A stretch of DNA of 64,000 bases, taken from assembly GCA_963708075.1 (NCBI GenBank), contig OY970194.1, positions 6,368,001 through 6,432,000 of the forward strand, given 5' to 3'. The position numbers were made by a program, and so were the translations under genes. A model generated the notes under the pieces. The model was not told the origin of the DNA, searched no databases, and worked only from the letters and a program-made list of their open reading frames with translations. How positions within the stretch are numbered: the stretch's first letter is position 1; the number at the start of each line of letters is the position of its first letter. The DNA comes from Sedimentisphaerales bacterium. Its GTDB lineage: Bacteria > Planctomycetota > Phycisphaerae > Sedimentisphaerales > Anaerobacaceae. Below are positions 52,227 through 62,710 of the stretch, piece after piece.

Positions 52227-54311
52227 TCATTTCAGTTGCATCCAGAGGTAGCTGTAGCTCAGGGCTGTCCTCAGGGCCCGCTGGCGGTTGGTCGCCGCCG
52301 CGGCGTGGCCGCCTTCCGTATTCTCGTAGTAGTACACCTTGTGCCCCATGCCTTCCATTTTCGCCGCCATTTTGCGTGCGTGGCCCGGATGCACACGATC
52401 GTCCTTCGTGGAGGTGCAGAAAAAGACTTGTGGATACTTTTTATCGGCGGAGAGGTTGTGATAGGGCGAATACCGGCTGATGTATGCCCACTCCCCGGGA
52501 ATGTCGGGATCGCCGAACTCCGCCACCCAACTGGCGCCGGCCAGCAGCTTATTGTAGCGTTTCATGTCCAGCAGCGGCACCTGGCAGACGACGGCGTTGA
52601 ACAGGTCCGGTCTCTGGGTGAAGGCCGCCCCCATGAGCAGCCCGCCATTGGACCCGCCCATGATTCCCAGATGCGCGGGCGTCGTGATCTTGCGCTGTAC
52701 CAGGTCCTCTGCCACGGCAATGAAGTCATCATAGCAACGTTGGCGGTTCTCCTTGAGGGCGCAGATATGCCATCGGGGTCCGAACTCGCCACCCCCGCGA
52801 ATGTTGGCCAGGGCATACACGCCGCCTTTTTCCAGCCACGCCGCGCCGACAGTGGCCGCATAGGAGGGAAGCTCGGGGACCTCGAAGCCGCCGTAGCCGT
52901 ACAGGAGCGTCGGATTCGAGCCGTCCGCTTTGGCCGCCTTCGATTGCACGAGGAAGTAGGGGATCCGCGTGCCGTCTTTCGAGACCGCCTCCAACTGCTT
53001 CACCTCCAGGCCGTTCGCATTGAAAAAGTCGGGAAGGCTCTTCACTTTCTGCATCTGCCGCCCGTCCGGCGAGTAGTAGAGGCTGGTCGGGCTCAGGAAG
53101 CCTTCGTAGGTGAAGAAGTATCGATTCGATTTCTCATCCGTCGCATCAACGGACAAAGTCCCAAGCTGCGGTGCATTGACCCTCTGTTTCTCCCAGCGGC
53201 CCTCGTTGAAGCGGAACTCGTACAACTCACTCTTTACGTTATTCAGCACCTCTGCCAGGAGGATATCCCGGGTCATCGAGAACGCGATGATATTCGATCG
53301 CTCGTTGGGCTCGATGATAGTGTCAAAAGTGCGACTGCCTTTCAGGTACCGGTCGTAGTCGATGCTGATCAGCGAGCCCTGCTTGTAGGTCTGTGAGTTG
53401 ATAGTCCAGTCCGACCGAAGCCGCACGAGCAACTGGTTTTTGAAGAATCCGCCGAAATTCGCGTCGTCGGGAATCTCCAGCTTGATGGGCCGGCCGGCCT
53501 CGATGATGTACGTGTGCGATGTGTAGAAGGTGATTCCCCGGTGAATCACGTCATACTGTCTCTCCGGCGTGTTGATGACGGAGGTTCCGACTTCTACGTC
53601 GGTCGGTTCGCCCTCGAAGATCGTCCGGGCCTCGCTCAGCGGCGTGCCTCTCTTCCAGAGCTTTGTCACGCGCGGGTACCCGGATGCCGTCAAGCTGCCC
53701 GGCCCGAAATCGGTCTGCACGTAGATCGTGTCCCGGTCCTTCCAGGAGACGGAGCCCTTCGTCTCAGGCAGGGAGAACCCATCTTTCACGAACTGCTTCG
53801 TGCCGGTGTCGAACTCGCGCACCACCGCGGCGTCGCCGCCGCCCCGCGAAAGGTACACCAGGTGGAGCATGTAGTCCGGATACAGTCGCACCGTCCCCTT
53901 GTACACCCATGGCATGCCCTCGTCCTGCGAGAGCTTGTCGATATCCAGCAGGACCTCCCATTGCGGTGCGGGTTTGAGATATTCCTCCAGCGTCGTGCGG
54001 CGCCACAGGCCCCGCTCGTTCTTCTCGTCCTGCCAGAAATTATGGATGTACTCGCCGCGGAAGCTTGGATAGGCGATGCGCTGGTCGGAGTTCAGGATTT
54101 CCAGGGCCTTCTGGTACGTCGGCTCGAACAGAGGCTGGGCCTTGAGCACGGCCAGGGTCGCCTCATTCTTCTCCTTTACCCAACTCAATGCCTTCTCGCC
54201 CTCGATGTCCTCCAGCCACAGGTAGGGGTCCGCCTCATCCTGGCACGATGCCTGTTGGACCCACAGCAGAGCGAATAGCACCGAGAGTAGAACGCTGAGT
54301 GTACCTTTCAT
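52227..54311 (-). CDS. Prolyl oligopeptidase (S9A), secreted
   Basis: DPYLWLED, YGYGGF, NIRGGGEFG, GGSNGGLL, DDRVHP, GGH catalytic triad motifs. Confidence 0.95.
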   Translation of the reverse strand: MKGTLSVLLSVLFALLWVQQASCQDEADPYLWLEDIEGEKALSWVKEKNEATLAVLKAQPLFEPTYQKALEILNSDQRIAYPSFRGEYIHNFWQDEKNERGLWRRTTLEEYLKPAPQWEVLLDIDKLSQDEGMPWVYKGTVRLYPDYMLHLVYLSRGGGDAAVVREFDTGTKQFVKDGFSLPETKGSVSWKDRDTIYVQTDFGPGSLTASGYPRVTKLWKRGTPLSEARTIFEGEPTDVEVGTSVINTPERQYDVIHRGITFYTSHTYIIEAGRPIKLEIPDDANFGGFFKNQLLVRLRSDWTINSQTYKQGSLISIDYDRYLKGSRTFDTIIEPNERSNIIAFSMTRDILLAEVLNNVKSELYEFRFNEGRWEKQRVNAPQLGTLSVDATDEKSNRYFFTYEGFLSPTSLYYSPDGRQMQKVKSLPDFFNANGLEVKQLEAVSKDGTRIPYFLVQSKAAKADGSNPTLLYGYGGFEVPELPSYAATVGAAWLEKGGVYALANIRGGGEFGPRWHICALKENRQRCYDDFIAVAEDLVQRKITTPAHLGIMGGSNGGLLMGAAFTQRPDLFNAVVCQVPLLDMKRYNKLLAGASWVAEFGDPDIPGEWAYISRYSPYHNLSADKKYPQVFFCTSTKDDRVHPGHARKMAAKMEGMGHKVYYYENTEGGHAAAATNRQRALRTALSYSYLWMQLK

Positions 54312-54514
54312 CTGCGGTTTCCTTTCATGGGACACGCAATCATCCTGGCGGCAAATGAACGGCGATCATGATACTCGCGGGGCTGTCCCAAGGCAATGCG
54401 CCGCGGGGCGTCTGAAGCAAAGAAAAGACTTGCCCGCAGCGACGGGGCATCGGGTACAATGGGAATGGTGTGGATTCGTGAGAAGAAATGACCTGACTTG
54501 ATGGAGTGCTGAGA

Positions 54515-54769
54515 ATGCCCGAGGAACCGATTGGACAAGTAGTGGATTTCTTCGCCCGGCCCGTGGTGGCCGCCATCCAGTTGACCGCCCCGCTGAAGGT
54601 GGGGGACAGGGTTCACATCAAAGGCCATTCCACTGACCTGGAAGTGACCATCGCCTCAATGCAGGTCAATAATGCCCAGGTCCAGGAAGCCAAACCAGGC
54701 GACGGCGTCGGTGTGAAAATCACCGACCGCGTGCGAAAGGGCGACGTCGTCTACAAGGTCGTGGAGTAG
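54515..54769 (+). CDS. Small EF-Tu domain II-like beta-barrel protein
   Basis: IGQVVDFF..LKVGDRVHIKG..SMQV..AKPGDGVGVK..RVRKGDVVY. Confidence 0.8.
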   Translation: MPEEPIGQVVDFFARPVVAAIQLTAPLKVGDRVHIKGHSTDLEVTIASMQVNNAQVQEAKPGDGVGVKITDRVRKGDVVYKVVE

Positions 54770-55064
54770 ACCAGCCGTCGCAGCAGGGGAGGCCATAGTC
54801 CGAAAGGCCGATCGCCAGGCCAAGTGATGATCCTCCGCTCACAGTGCTACCCGGCGTACAAGAAGCCCAACGCTGAAAACCTGCCTACGCACAAGCCATA
54901 GGATGCTGTGGAAGTCCATCACATGGTGGGTGCTTACTACTTGAGTTTTTTGTGGCGCGCGGCCGAAGAATAAGGGTATGGTATCGCCTGGCCGTGTTGG
55001 CCGACAATCGGTTTCGATGGGGCTTGGCATTCAGGCAATCGGTTTGGCAGTAAAGGGATTTACA

Positions 55065-56051
55065 ATGAACAGTGCATGGAACGCTATTCGTCGCATTTCG
55101 TTACTGGCTGTGCTGCTCGTGTTGCTCGGCTCAGGCGTGGTCGCTGCGGCTGCAAATGATGCGAATGATCCGAATCTGGCTGGAAACGGTGCGACGAATC
55201 CGTTCACCTTCAGCAGTGCCCAGGAGGTTCTGACGCGGGTCTATGCGCTGCTGGCGGAGTACGGGCTCAGGGTTCTTGGTGCCGTACTGCTTTTTGCCGT
55301 CGGACGGTGGGCGGCGAAGATGTTGTCCGGATTGGCCGCCAGGATCATGAAGAAGGCCAAGGTCGATCCGACGCTCATTCCCTTCCTTGAGAACCTGACG
55401 TACACCGCTATGCTGGTCTTCGTGGTGATCGCCGTGTTGGATCGCCTGGGGGTCCAGACGGCCTCCGTGATCGCCGTGCTCGGTGCGGCAGGACTCGCCG
55501 TAGGCTTGGCTCTGCAAGGCTCGCTGGCCAATTTCGCCTCCGGCGTGCTGCTGCTGATATTCAAACCCTTCCGCGCTGGCGACTTCGTGGAGACTGCCGG
55601 TGCCAAAGGGACAGTGCAAGCCATCCACTTGTTCAACACAGTTCTCAATTCGCCGGATAACATCCGAATCATTGTTCCCAACGCCCAGGTCACCGGCGGA
55701 AGCATCTTGAACTACACGATCAATGGGACCCGGCGCATCGACCTGGTCGCCAGCATCTCTTACGAAGACGACATGAAGAAAGCCAAGAAGGTTATTGAGA
55801 ACGTTCTGGCCCAGGAGAAGAGAATCCTGCCGGAGCCGGCTCCGCTCGTGGTCGTCGGAGAAATGGCCGACAGCAGCGTCAACTTCTTTGTGCGGCCCTG
55901 GGTGAAGACAACCGACTATTGGGACGTCTACTTCGATCTCACCGAGAAGCTGAAGACCGCCATCGAAGAGCACGGCATGAGCATCCCGTTCCCGCAGCAG
56001 GAGATTACCATCAAGAGCGCCGCCGCCGCAGCGAACCTGAAAAGCGCCTGA
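55065..56051 (+). CDS. mscS: Small-conductance mechanosensitive channel
   Basis: LGAAGLAVGLALQGSLANFASG, PFRAGD, IVPN, ADSSVNF, IPFPQ. Confidence 0.93.
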   Translation: MNSAWNAIRRISLLAVLLVLLGSGVVAAAANDANDPNLAGNGATNPFTFSSAQEVLTRVYALLAEYGLRVLGAVLLFAVGRWAAKMLSGLAARIMKKAKVDPTLIPFLENLTYTAMLVFVVIAVLDRLGVQTASVIAVLGAAGLAVGLALQGSLANFASGVLLLIFKPFRAGDFVETAGAKGTVQAIHLFNTVLNSPDNIRIIVPNAQVTGGSILNYTINGTRRIDLVASISYEDDMKKAKKVIENVLAQEKRILPEPAPLVVVGEMADSSVNFFVRPWVKTTDYWDVYFDLTEKLKTAIEEHGMSIPFPQQEITIKSAAAAANLKSA

Positions 56052-56073
56052 GAATTGTTCCAGTCCGAAGCTC

Positions 56074-57261
56074 CTACTGGCTGTCCCAGCCGGCGAGGGG
56101 TGGGATGTCGAGGGGCCAGGCGAGATGCAGATTGCCGCCGGGGCCGAGACGGCTCTCGGGCAGATCCTTGACCCGTCGGCTCTTGCGAAGCTGGTCCGAC
56201 ACTGTGACTTTCTGGACATGGCCGTCCAACAGGGAGACGTAGGAGTGGCCCGTGTTCAGGTCGCCCCCGCGGGGACGGTGGTAGGTCGCAAAGGCATCCC
56301 CGACGTCAGTCTCAGGCATCCTCGACGCATAAGGGCGTCCCGCAGGACTGTCGAAAGTCGTGTAGGAGGGCCCGATATCCAGAGACCCTAGAGTGATGGC
56401 GCCGGTGACCTTGAACCTGGGCTTTTCACCGTCCGTGACATCGGCGGGAGCATTCATGGTCCCATCCGGGGTCCCTCCCCAAGGGCCGCTGAGATTGTAC
56501 GACGCCGGCCATCGCGATCCCTTGTTGACCGGCCAGGAATTCTCCTCGCCGAAGGCAAATACCTCGGAAGGACTGCGCGTGACCTGTGCCTCCCTGCGGA
56601 TGGTTCTCATTCGGACGGTCCGTACATCCACTTCCAGTGACCCCATTGCGAAGCTTCCGGTCGGGAGGGTCCTATGCAGGTTGCCGTTCATCGTGTAGGA
56701 GTACTGGGGGATGAAGGGGATGGGCAGGTTTGGCTCGCCCATTCCAAGACCTGATCCGCCCATCCCAAAACCACCACGACCAGGTCTTGGAGGAGGCGGA
56801 GGTCTCCTGGGTTTATTAGGATCCTGGTTACAGCCCCGTTCCTCGCAGACACGGGCCCCGGTCTTGCAGAGGAGGACCTTGGCGTTTCCCACATAGGGTA
56901 TCAGAGAGCCCTGAAGCTCCTTGTGCTCGCGCATCAAGGGGCCCGCCGGACCGATTTCGGCATCATGCCAGCGGCAGCGCCACGGGTGCCCAGCTCCATA
57001 AGCCGGCTTGAATGGTTCCTTGGGATCTTTGTGCTTGAATGATTCCATGGAATGGTAGAGGTAGGTTGGATTGGGAAAGAGGTTGTCATGATCGTTGCAG
57101 TAGGTCTTGAGCATCACGGCCATCTGCCGCAGGTTCGACCTGCACACGGTCTCGGCGGCGTGCTGCCGCGCCACGTTCATGACCGGCAGACCCAACGCCA
57201 TCAGAAAGGCGATGATCGCCATGACCACGAGCAATTCGACGAGTGTAAAGCCCTTCTTCAT
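56074..57261 (-). CDS. Prepilin-type N-terminal cleavage/methylation protein (DUF1559/H-X9-DG-like)
   Basis: KGFTLVELLVV, CRSNLRQ, C-terminal YH...GHSYVSLLDGHV. Confidence 0.85.
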   Translation of the reverse strand: MKKGFTLVELLVVMAIIAFLMALGLPVMNVARQHAAETVCRSNLRQMAVMLKTYCNDHDNLFPNPTYLYHSMESFKHKDPKEPFKPAYGAGHPWRCRWHDAEIGPAGPLMREHKELQGSLIPYVGNAKVLLCKTGARVCEERGCNQDPNKPRRPPPPPRPGRGGFGMGGSGLGMGEPNLPIPFIPQYSYTMNGNLHRTLPTGSFAMGSLEVDVRTVRMRTIRREAQVTRSPSEVFAFGEENSWPVNKGSRWPASYNLSGPWGGTPDGTMNAPADVTDGEKPRFKVTGAITLGSLDIGPSYTTFDSPAGRPYASRMPETDVGDAFATYHRPRGGDLNTGHSYVSLLDGHVQKVTVSDQLRKSRRVKDLPESRLGPGGNLHLAWPLDIPPLAGWDSQ

Positions 57262-57277
57262 TTTCTCTCTCCGGCTA

Positions 57278-57871
57278 TCACTTGGGCATGTGCCAAACAG
57301 GTATCCGTCCCTTCTCATTGGACTTCATCAGCTCCTCGATGATCGCCCGTCCCTCGGGACTCTTCGCCGGGACCCATTGCTTGTCCTTGACCCGCCTGAT
57401 GAGCCGGCTTTGCGCCCATTTACGCATGTCGCTCATGTCCGACGCGGAAGCTTTCCCGGGGGCGTCGGGGTCGGGCTGTTCCAGAAAGCCGACGACCAGG
57501 TCGCTCTCATTCGGGTCCAGGACATAGCTGTACACGTGCGCCCGAAAGCCCGCGAGTTCGCCGCTTGGCGTGGGGCCGGATGGAGCGGCAATGGGACCGA
57601 TCTGCTTGAAACCGGCTGTGAACAGCTTGCCTGTATTGACGTCATAGAACCAGGCCGTCTTGCCGTGCTGGAACACGTGCTCCGGCGGCGATTTGAAGGC
57701 ACGCGCCGCCGCAATCACCAGCAATAACACGCACAGGCAGGTCGCACCGATGATCAGCCGATAGCTTTCACTGAGCCATGTGCGCAGACCGAGCTGCCGG
57801 ACCCGGTCCTGGAATTCCTCCAGGCGATGGCCGATCTCGCGGGTGAGCAGCTCGGGAATTCTTATCGCCAT
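57278..57871 (-). CDS. Hypothetical single-TM protein
   Basis: One TM helix then AWFYDVNTGKLF..PIAAPSG..RAHVYSY..VGFLE; 16 bp from the downstream prepilin-like gene. Confidence 0.75.
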   Translation of the reverse strand: MAIRIPELLTREIGHRLEEFQDRVRQLGLRTWLSESYRLIIGATCLCVLLLVIAAARAFKSPPEHVFQHGKTAWFYDVNTGKLFTAGFKQIGPIAAPSGPTPSGELAGFRAHVYSYVLDPNESDLVVGFLEQPDPDAPGKASASDMSDMRKWAQSRLIRRVKDKQWVPAKSPEGRAIIEELMKSNEKGRIPVWHMPK

Positions 57872-57890
57872 GTCGTCGTGTCTCCGTACT

Positions 57891-58138
57891 GGAGTTCTGC
57901 AAAATGGAAGTTGGGCTTATTATTCAAGGAAATCCGCTTTGGGATTTCCTTGAATCAGCAAGCTGTTCATGTGTGGCACACCCTGCCCGGACCTATGTTG
58001 CCGTGTGCAGCAAGGCAATCGCCGGTCATTTTCCAGGATACATACCACGCACCATCGACGGCTATTGTTGGAGAAGGAAAAATGAAAGGCGCATTCTTCC
58101 TTCCCCAAGTAAGCCCAACTTCCATTTTGCAGAACTCC
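57891..58138. mobile_element. MITE, 248 bp
   Basis: Perfect 29-bp terminal inverted repeats GGAGTTCTGCAAAATGGAAGTTGGGCTTA flanked by a 3-bp direct repeat ACT; no transposase. Confidence 0.85.
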
Positions 58139-58147
58139 ACTTCTTGA

Positions 58148-58901
58148 TCATTCATTGGCATCGTATCCGCCTCCCAGTATGTCGACCACATATTTGAGAT
58201 CGGGATTGTCTGCGGACGCCTCCTCGGGTTCGGCGATGATGCCTTTGATGAACTTCAGCGTGCGGGCGTCTTTCCAGCGGGTGTAGCTGCCGTGGCCATC
58301 GACGAACGTCATGTTGCACCCGTCGTTGTGCCGGGCGGTCATGTTCTGCGAGTTGATGCCGACGAGAACCTGCCCACGGATTCCACATCCACCGGCCCCG
58401 GCTCTTAATGACGGGCCGGAAGTCCATTCCGAGAGCGTCTGGATCTATGTCCGTCAGGAGCAGTTGCCGGCCGGGATGAGAGACGCTGTGCAGCGTCCGG
58501 TAGCGTCCGGTGCCGTCGTAGCTTTGGCCGCACATGTTGGCCGCAAAACCATAGCAGGAGTCAATGGTCTTGCCCCAGACGGACATCCCTCCCTCATTCC
58601 TGGCGACGCTCTTGCACAGGAAGACCTCGTTCACGTTATAGACGTAGGATGCCATCTGCTCGGGGCCATGCAGCATCGGAATGCGATCGTCCTGCTCCGC
58701 GACAATCTGGTGCCAGGCCAGTCCCAACTGATGCTGGTTCGCCAGGCAGTGCGTCTGCTCGGCCTGTCTCTGGGCACGTGTCAGGCTCGGTAGCAGCAGC
58801 GACATCATGAGGCAGATGATCGAGATTACCACCAGCAATTCCGTGAGGCTAAAGCCTCTCGGGCGCTCGCGAATGCCTGCTTTTCTCCCATGTGGGGCCA
58901 T
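58148..58901 (-). CDS. Prepilin-type H-X9-DG protein, apparent 1-bp insertion at ~58370
   Basis: RGFSLTELLVV, CLANQHQ, FLC; RHNDGCNMTFVDGH lies in the adjacent frame (ORF 58148..58342). Confidence 0.8.
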
Positions 58902-59027
58902 GTCATTGCACTCCCGACAAAACGTCGATTCATGCCATTGGCCAAACGCTCGCGATGCACTTGTTCCGCCGCATCCCGCTGCGACCGGCGGCGCTTAAGA
59001 GCACGTCTATCCCGCTGATACAACCCT

Positions 59028-59056
59028 ATTGTGGCGCGGACGCCGCCCGATGTCAA
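59028..59056 (-). promoter_or_regulatory. Sigma70-type promoter
   Basis: TTGACA-N17-CACAAT upstream of 58901. Confidence 0.55.
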
Positions 59057-59155
59057 GCAGGAAATGCATCAGAAACGAGCAGGGCCGCAGGTCAGGCCTG
59101 CAGCCCTGTATCGATGTTCATGGGAGTGTCGAGAGGCCCTTCGCTGCACGAAAGC

Positions 59156-60469
59156 TCAGCGCTCCGCCTCTGGCTTGATGGTGATGGTGTGGCGAACCGG
59201 GACGAAAGCGGTGCTGATAGCGGCGACAAGCGGCGCACGAACTTTCTCCGTGAGGGCAACCGTCATCTCTATATCCGTTTGGCCTTCGGCCCCGTGGAAG
59301 AGGTCCTTGACCTGCCTTGTCTCGTAGGCCTGCTTCTTCACCACTGCCTCATCCACGCGTTTGAAGGCTTCGCTGAACGGGTTGACCTCGAAATCCGCCG
59401 CGAGATTGACGCCCCGGGTCAGTTCCTCGGCAGTGTATATCTTCGATGCATCGCCCCATGTGACACGGTAACGGCCCGGCGCCGCGTTGCGGACGCTGAG
59501 CATGAGTCGATTCAACCGATCATTGAAGGGCACAAGGGTCATGCCGGAGCGGATGCTGGAATCGTCGTTGGCCGGACCTGCGGCGCAGAATGGATACCGG
59601 CGGCTCTCAATCTCCATCTGTCCCGGCTCGGTGGCGAGGATGCGATGTCCCTCCGATACGGTGGCCTTGCCATCAGCCAAATCGAGCGTGATCGTGCCGA
59701 TCTCGCCGTCCAGACCCATCGCCCTGAGGAAGGCGTAGGCCATCACGAGGTGGCCCGCCCAGCCGGGGTGCACACCATCCTTGCCTGCGATCATGAAATT
59801 GCTGCCGTATCGCTGCTTTGCCTCGAATCCGCCGACCAGCATGGGACAGAAGACATCCGCAAATCCCACCTGCTCGTCGGTGGCCAGTGTGACGCCGACG
59901 TTGCGAAACTGGGCCAGGCTGTGATTGAGGTCCTCAACCGTGCCCTGGGCCCGCTGGACCCAGGCGGGCATCTTGCCCACGGTTCCGGGCGAGCCCTGGA
60001 TGACCCGCACGCCGCGCTGTTTGAACTTGCCTATGACGACCCGCGAGGCGTCACGATACGTTCTGGCGTACTCCTCTTTGTAGGGCTGGTAGTTGTGGTC
60101 GTTCATCCCATAGCACGTCGTGGCAATGGTCGGGCTGAAGCGCAGGACATCGTTCTCCATCCTCGCCAAAAAGCCGGGGGCTTTCTCGCCGCTCCAGCCG
60201 AACTGTCTCACCGTGACATGCAATTGCGGCACGCACACGGTCAGGTACGTCTCGATGATCCGCGAGTACATCTTCTGCTCGGTGATCGAGTCGCCGCAGA
60301 TGGCCAGCTTATCGCCGGGCCTGAGCAGCAACTCTTTGCACGCCGGCGCCTGCACCGGCCTATAGGTGGAAAAATACGGATCGGCGGGCAGTGGCTCCAA
60401 CGGCTGCGCAAGCAGCGGAGAACCCAACGCCACCACGAGAAGAATGAGGCACCACATGCGTTTTGTCAT
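59156..60469 (-). CDS. SGNH/GDSL hydrolase, secreted
   Basis: Signal peptide, CGDSIT, GWSGE, YGMND, DGVHP. Confidence 0.9.
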   Translation of the reverse strand: MTKRMWCLILLVVALGSPLLAQPLEPLPADPYFSTYRPVQAPACKELLLRPGDKLAICGDSITEQKMYSRIIETYLTVCVPQLHVTVRQFGWSGEKAPGFLARMENDVLRFSPTIATTCYGMNDHNYQPYKEEYARTYRDASRVVIGKFKQRGVRVIQGSPGTVGKMPAWVQRAQGTVEDLNHSLAQFRNVGVTLATDEQVGFADVFCPMLVGGFEAKQRYGSNFMIAGKDGVHPGWAGHLVMAYAFLRAMGLDGEIGTITLDLADGKATVSEGHRILATEPGQMEIESRRYPFCAAGPANDDSSIRSGMTLVPFNDRLNRLMLSVRNAAPGRYRVTWGDASKIYTAEELTRGVNLAADFEVNPFSEAFKRVDEAVVKKQAYETRQVKDLFHGAEGQTDIEMTVALTEKVRAPLVAAISTAFVPVRHTITIKPEAER

Positions 60470-60535
60470 GCGTGTCACTATAGCCCGCCGCCATCCCGCC
60501 GACAAGAGGAAACACAACCATCGCGGCCACGTTCA

Positions 60536-60742
60536 TCAACGCCATCCGTGTGGACCACGATGGTCCCAGTGCGGCCGGGGCGGCGGGCCGGGGACTTGGA
60601 TGACCTCGACTCGCTCGGCCGGCGGAACGTGTACGACGCGCACGGCCCGCGCCGACCTGTGTTCATCGCACGAGATGACCATGCAGCCACTGAGCCAGAG
60701 CATCAAGGCCGCCATGACGGCGATCAGCATTATCTTGTTCAT
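60536..60742 (-). CDS. Small lipoprotein
   Basis: GGAG RBS, MNKIMLIAVMAALMLWLSGC lipobox, Pro/His-rich tail. Confidence 0.7.
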   Translation of the reverse strand: MNKIMLIAVMAALMLWLSGCMVISCDEHRSARAVRVVHVPPAERVEVIQVPGPPPRPHWDHRGPHGWR

Positions 60743-61004
60743 AATCGATTCTCCCGGACCAGCGACGCATTCACGGCGTCCCGTCCACAGATAAAAGGCA
60801 ACTCGCCGCCCGTTGGTAACATCCACGTATCCACTGGGGAACGCGGATGAACCATTCTTAAGACAGGTATCCGAAGAATCGATGCGGAGTGATGCGGACC
60901 ACGTGTGTCCTCAGGCTTCGGCGAGCTGAGCTCAGTGTAGATTTCCACCGCGCACCGTGCGTCGGGTAAGCCCTCCGATTTCTCTCCCGGCCGGACCTTG
61001 GCGG

Positions 61005-61793
61005 CTACAGATTCGCATAGTCCTTGAATTGTCTCATCCACTCCGGCCACACGGGCGTTCCACTGGCCGCTCGTTCCTGGACCCATTGCCGATGCCAATG
61101 CAGCTCCCACAATTCCTTCAAGCCGACCGGTCGGATCGACGTGTCCATGAACACGGCATTCACAGCCCCGTTGTGCCGATTGATACAGAAGCTGCACATG
61201 GCGTTGGTGTACCAGTCCCAGTGACACTCGCCGTCAACTGCCGGCGCGTGATTCCTTGGCAGGGGCAGGCCGTCCACCCACTGGCAATCGACGAACACGG
61301 GTACCTGGTACCCGCCCTTGATGCGAATTGTCCGCCAGTTCCTGTTCGTGTGCGGGTCGCCCGTGTCGTTGCCGACCCAGGCGTTGAGTCCGAAGCTGCC
61401 GTAGTCTCCTTTGATCGCATAGTTGGGCACGGTGGGCAGCCGGCCCTCGCCGTACACTCCCCAGCCCACAAAAGGCCCCTCGGTGTCATCGCTGTAGAAC
61501 TTGGTCGTCGCCGGGCAGACACGCATCTTTGGCTCACGGCTATAGTACGGCCGAAACGCGTGGACCCAGCTGTGAGTTGGCTCGCTGCCCGTCTCCTCGT
61601 GGAAGTTGCCGTTGTTGTCCTCCGCGTACATGGTAAAGGTCAGACCCATCTGCTTCAGGTTCGACTGGCACGCCACGGCTCTGGCTTGTTTGCGCACCCG
61701 CTGCAACGCCGGCATGAGAATGGCCATCAGCAACGCGATGATCGCGATAACAACCAGAAGTTCAATGAGTGTGAAGGCATTTGTCTTACGCAT
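61005..61793 (-). CDS. Prepilin-type H-X9-DG-like protein
   Basis: [36 protein letters not shown] (DG variant). Confidence 0.88.
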   Translation of the reverse strand: MRKTNAFTLIELLVVIAIIALLMAILMPALQRVRKQARAVACQSNLKQMGLTFTMYAEDNNGNFHEETGSEPTHSWVHAFRPYYSREPKMRVCPATTKFYSDDTEGPFVGWGVYGEGRLPTVPNYAIKGDYGSFGLNAWVGNDTGDPHTNRNWRTIRIKGGYQVPVFVDCQWVDGLPLPRNHAPAVDGECHWDWYTNAMCSFCINRHNGAVNAVFMDTSIRPVGLKELWELHWHRQWVQERAASGTPVWPEWMRQFKDYANL

Positions 61794-61851
61794 GGCGTTC
61801 CCTTCTCACGCAGCGTTTAGCGGTACCTCCGCAAACGACTGTGCTCGTCCC

Positions 61852-61880
61852 AGAATAGCGAAAGGGGCAGCCCTAGTCAA
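61852..61880 (-). promoter_or_regulatory. Sigma70-type promoter
   Basis: TTGACT-N17-TATTCT upstream of 61793. Confidence 0.55.
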
Positions 61881-61932
61881 GCCTTTGGAGGGCTTCTCTC
61901 AGGGTATCCGCATGCAGACGGGAAATCTGTGG

Positions 61933-62685
<753 letters not shown>

Positions 62686-62710
62686 AGCATCCTCCTTTCA
62701 AAAGGCCCGG

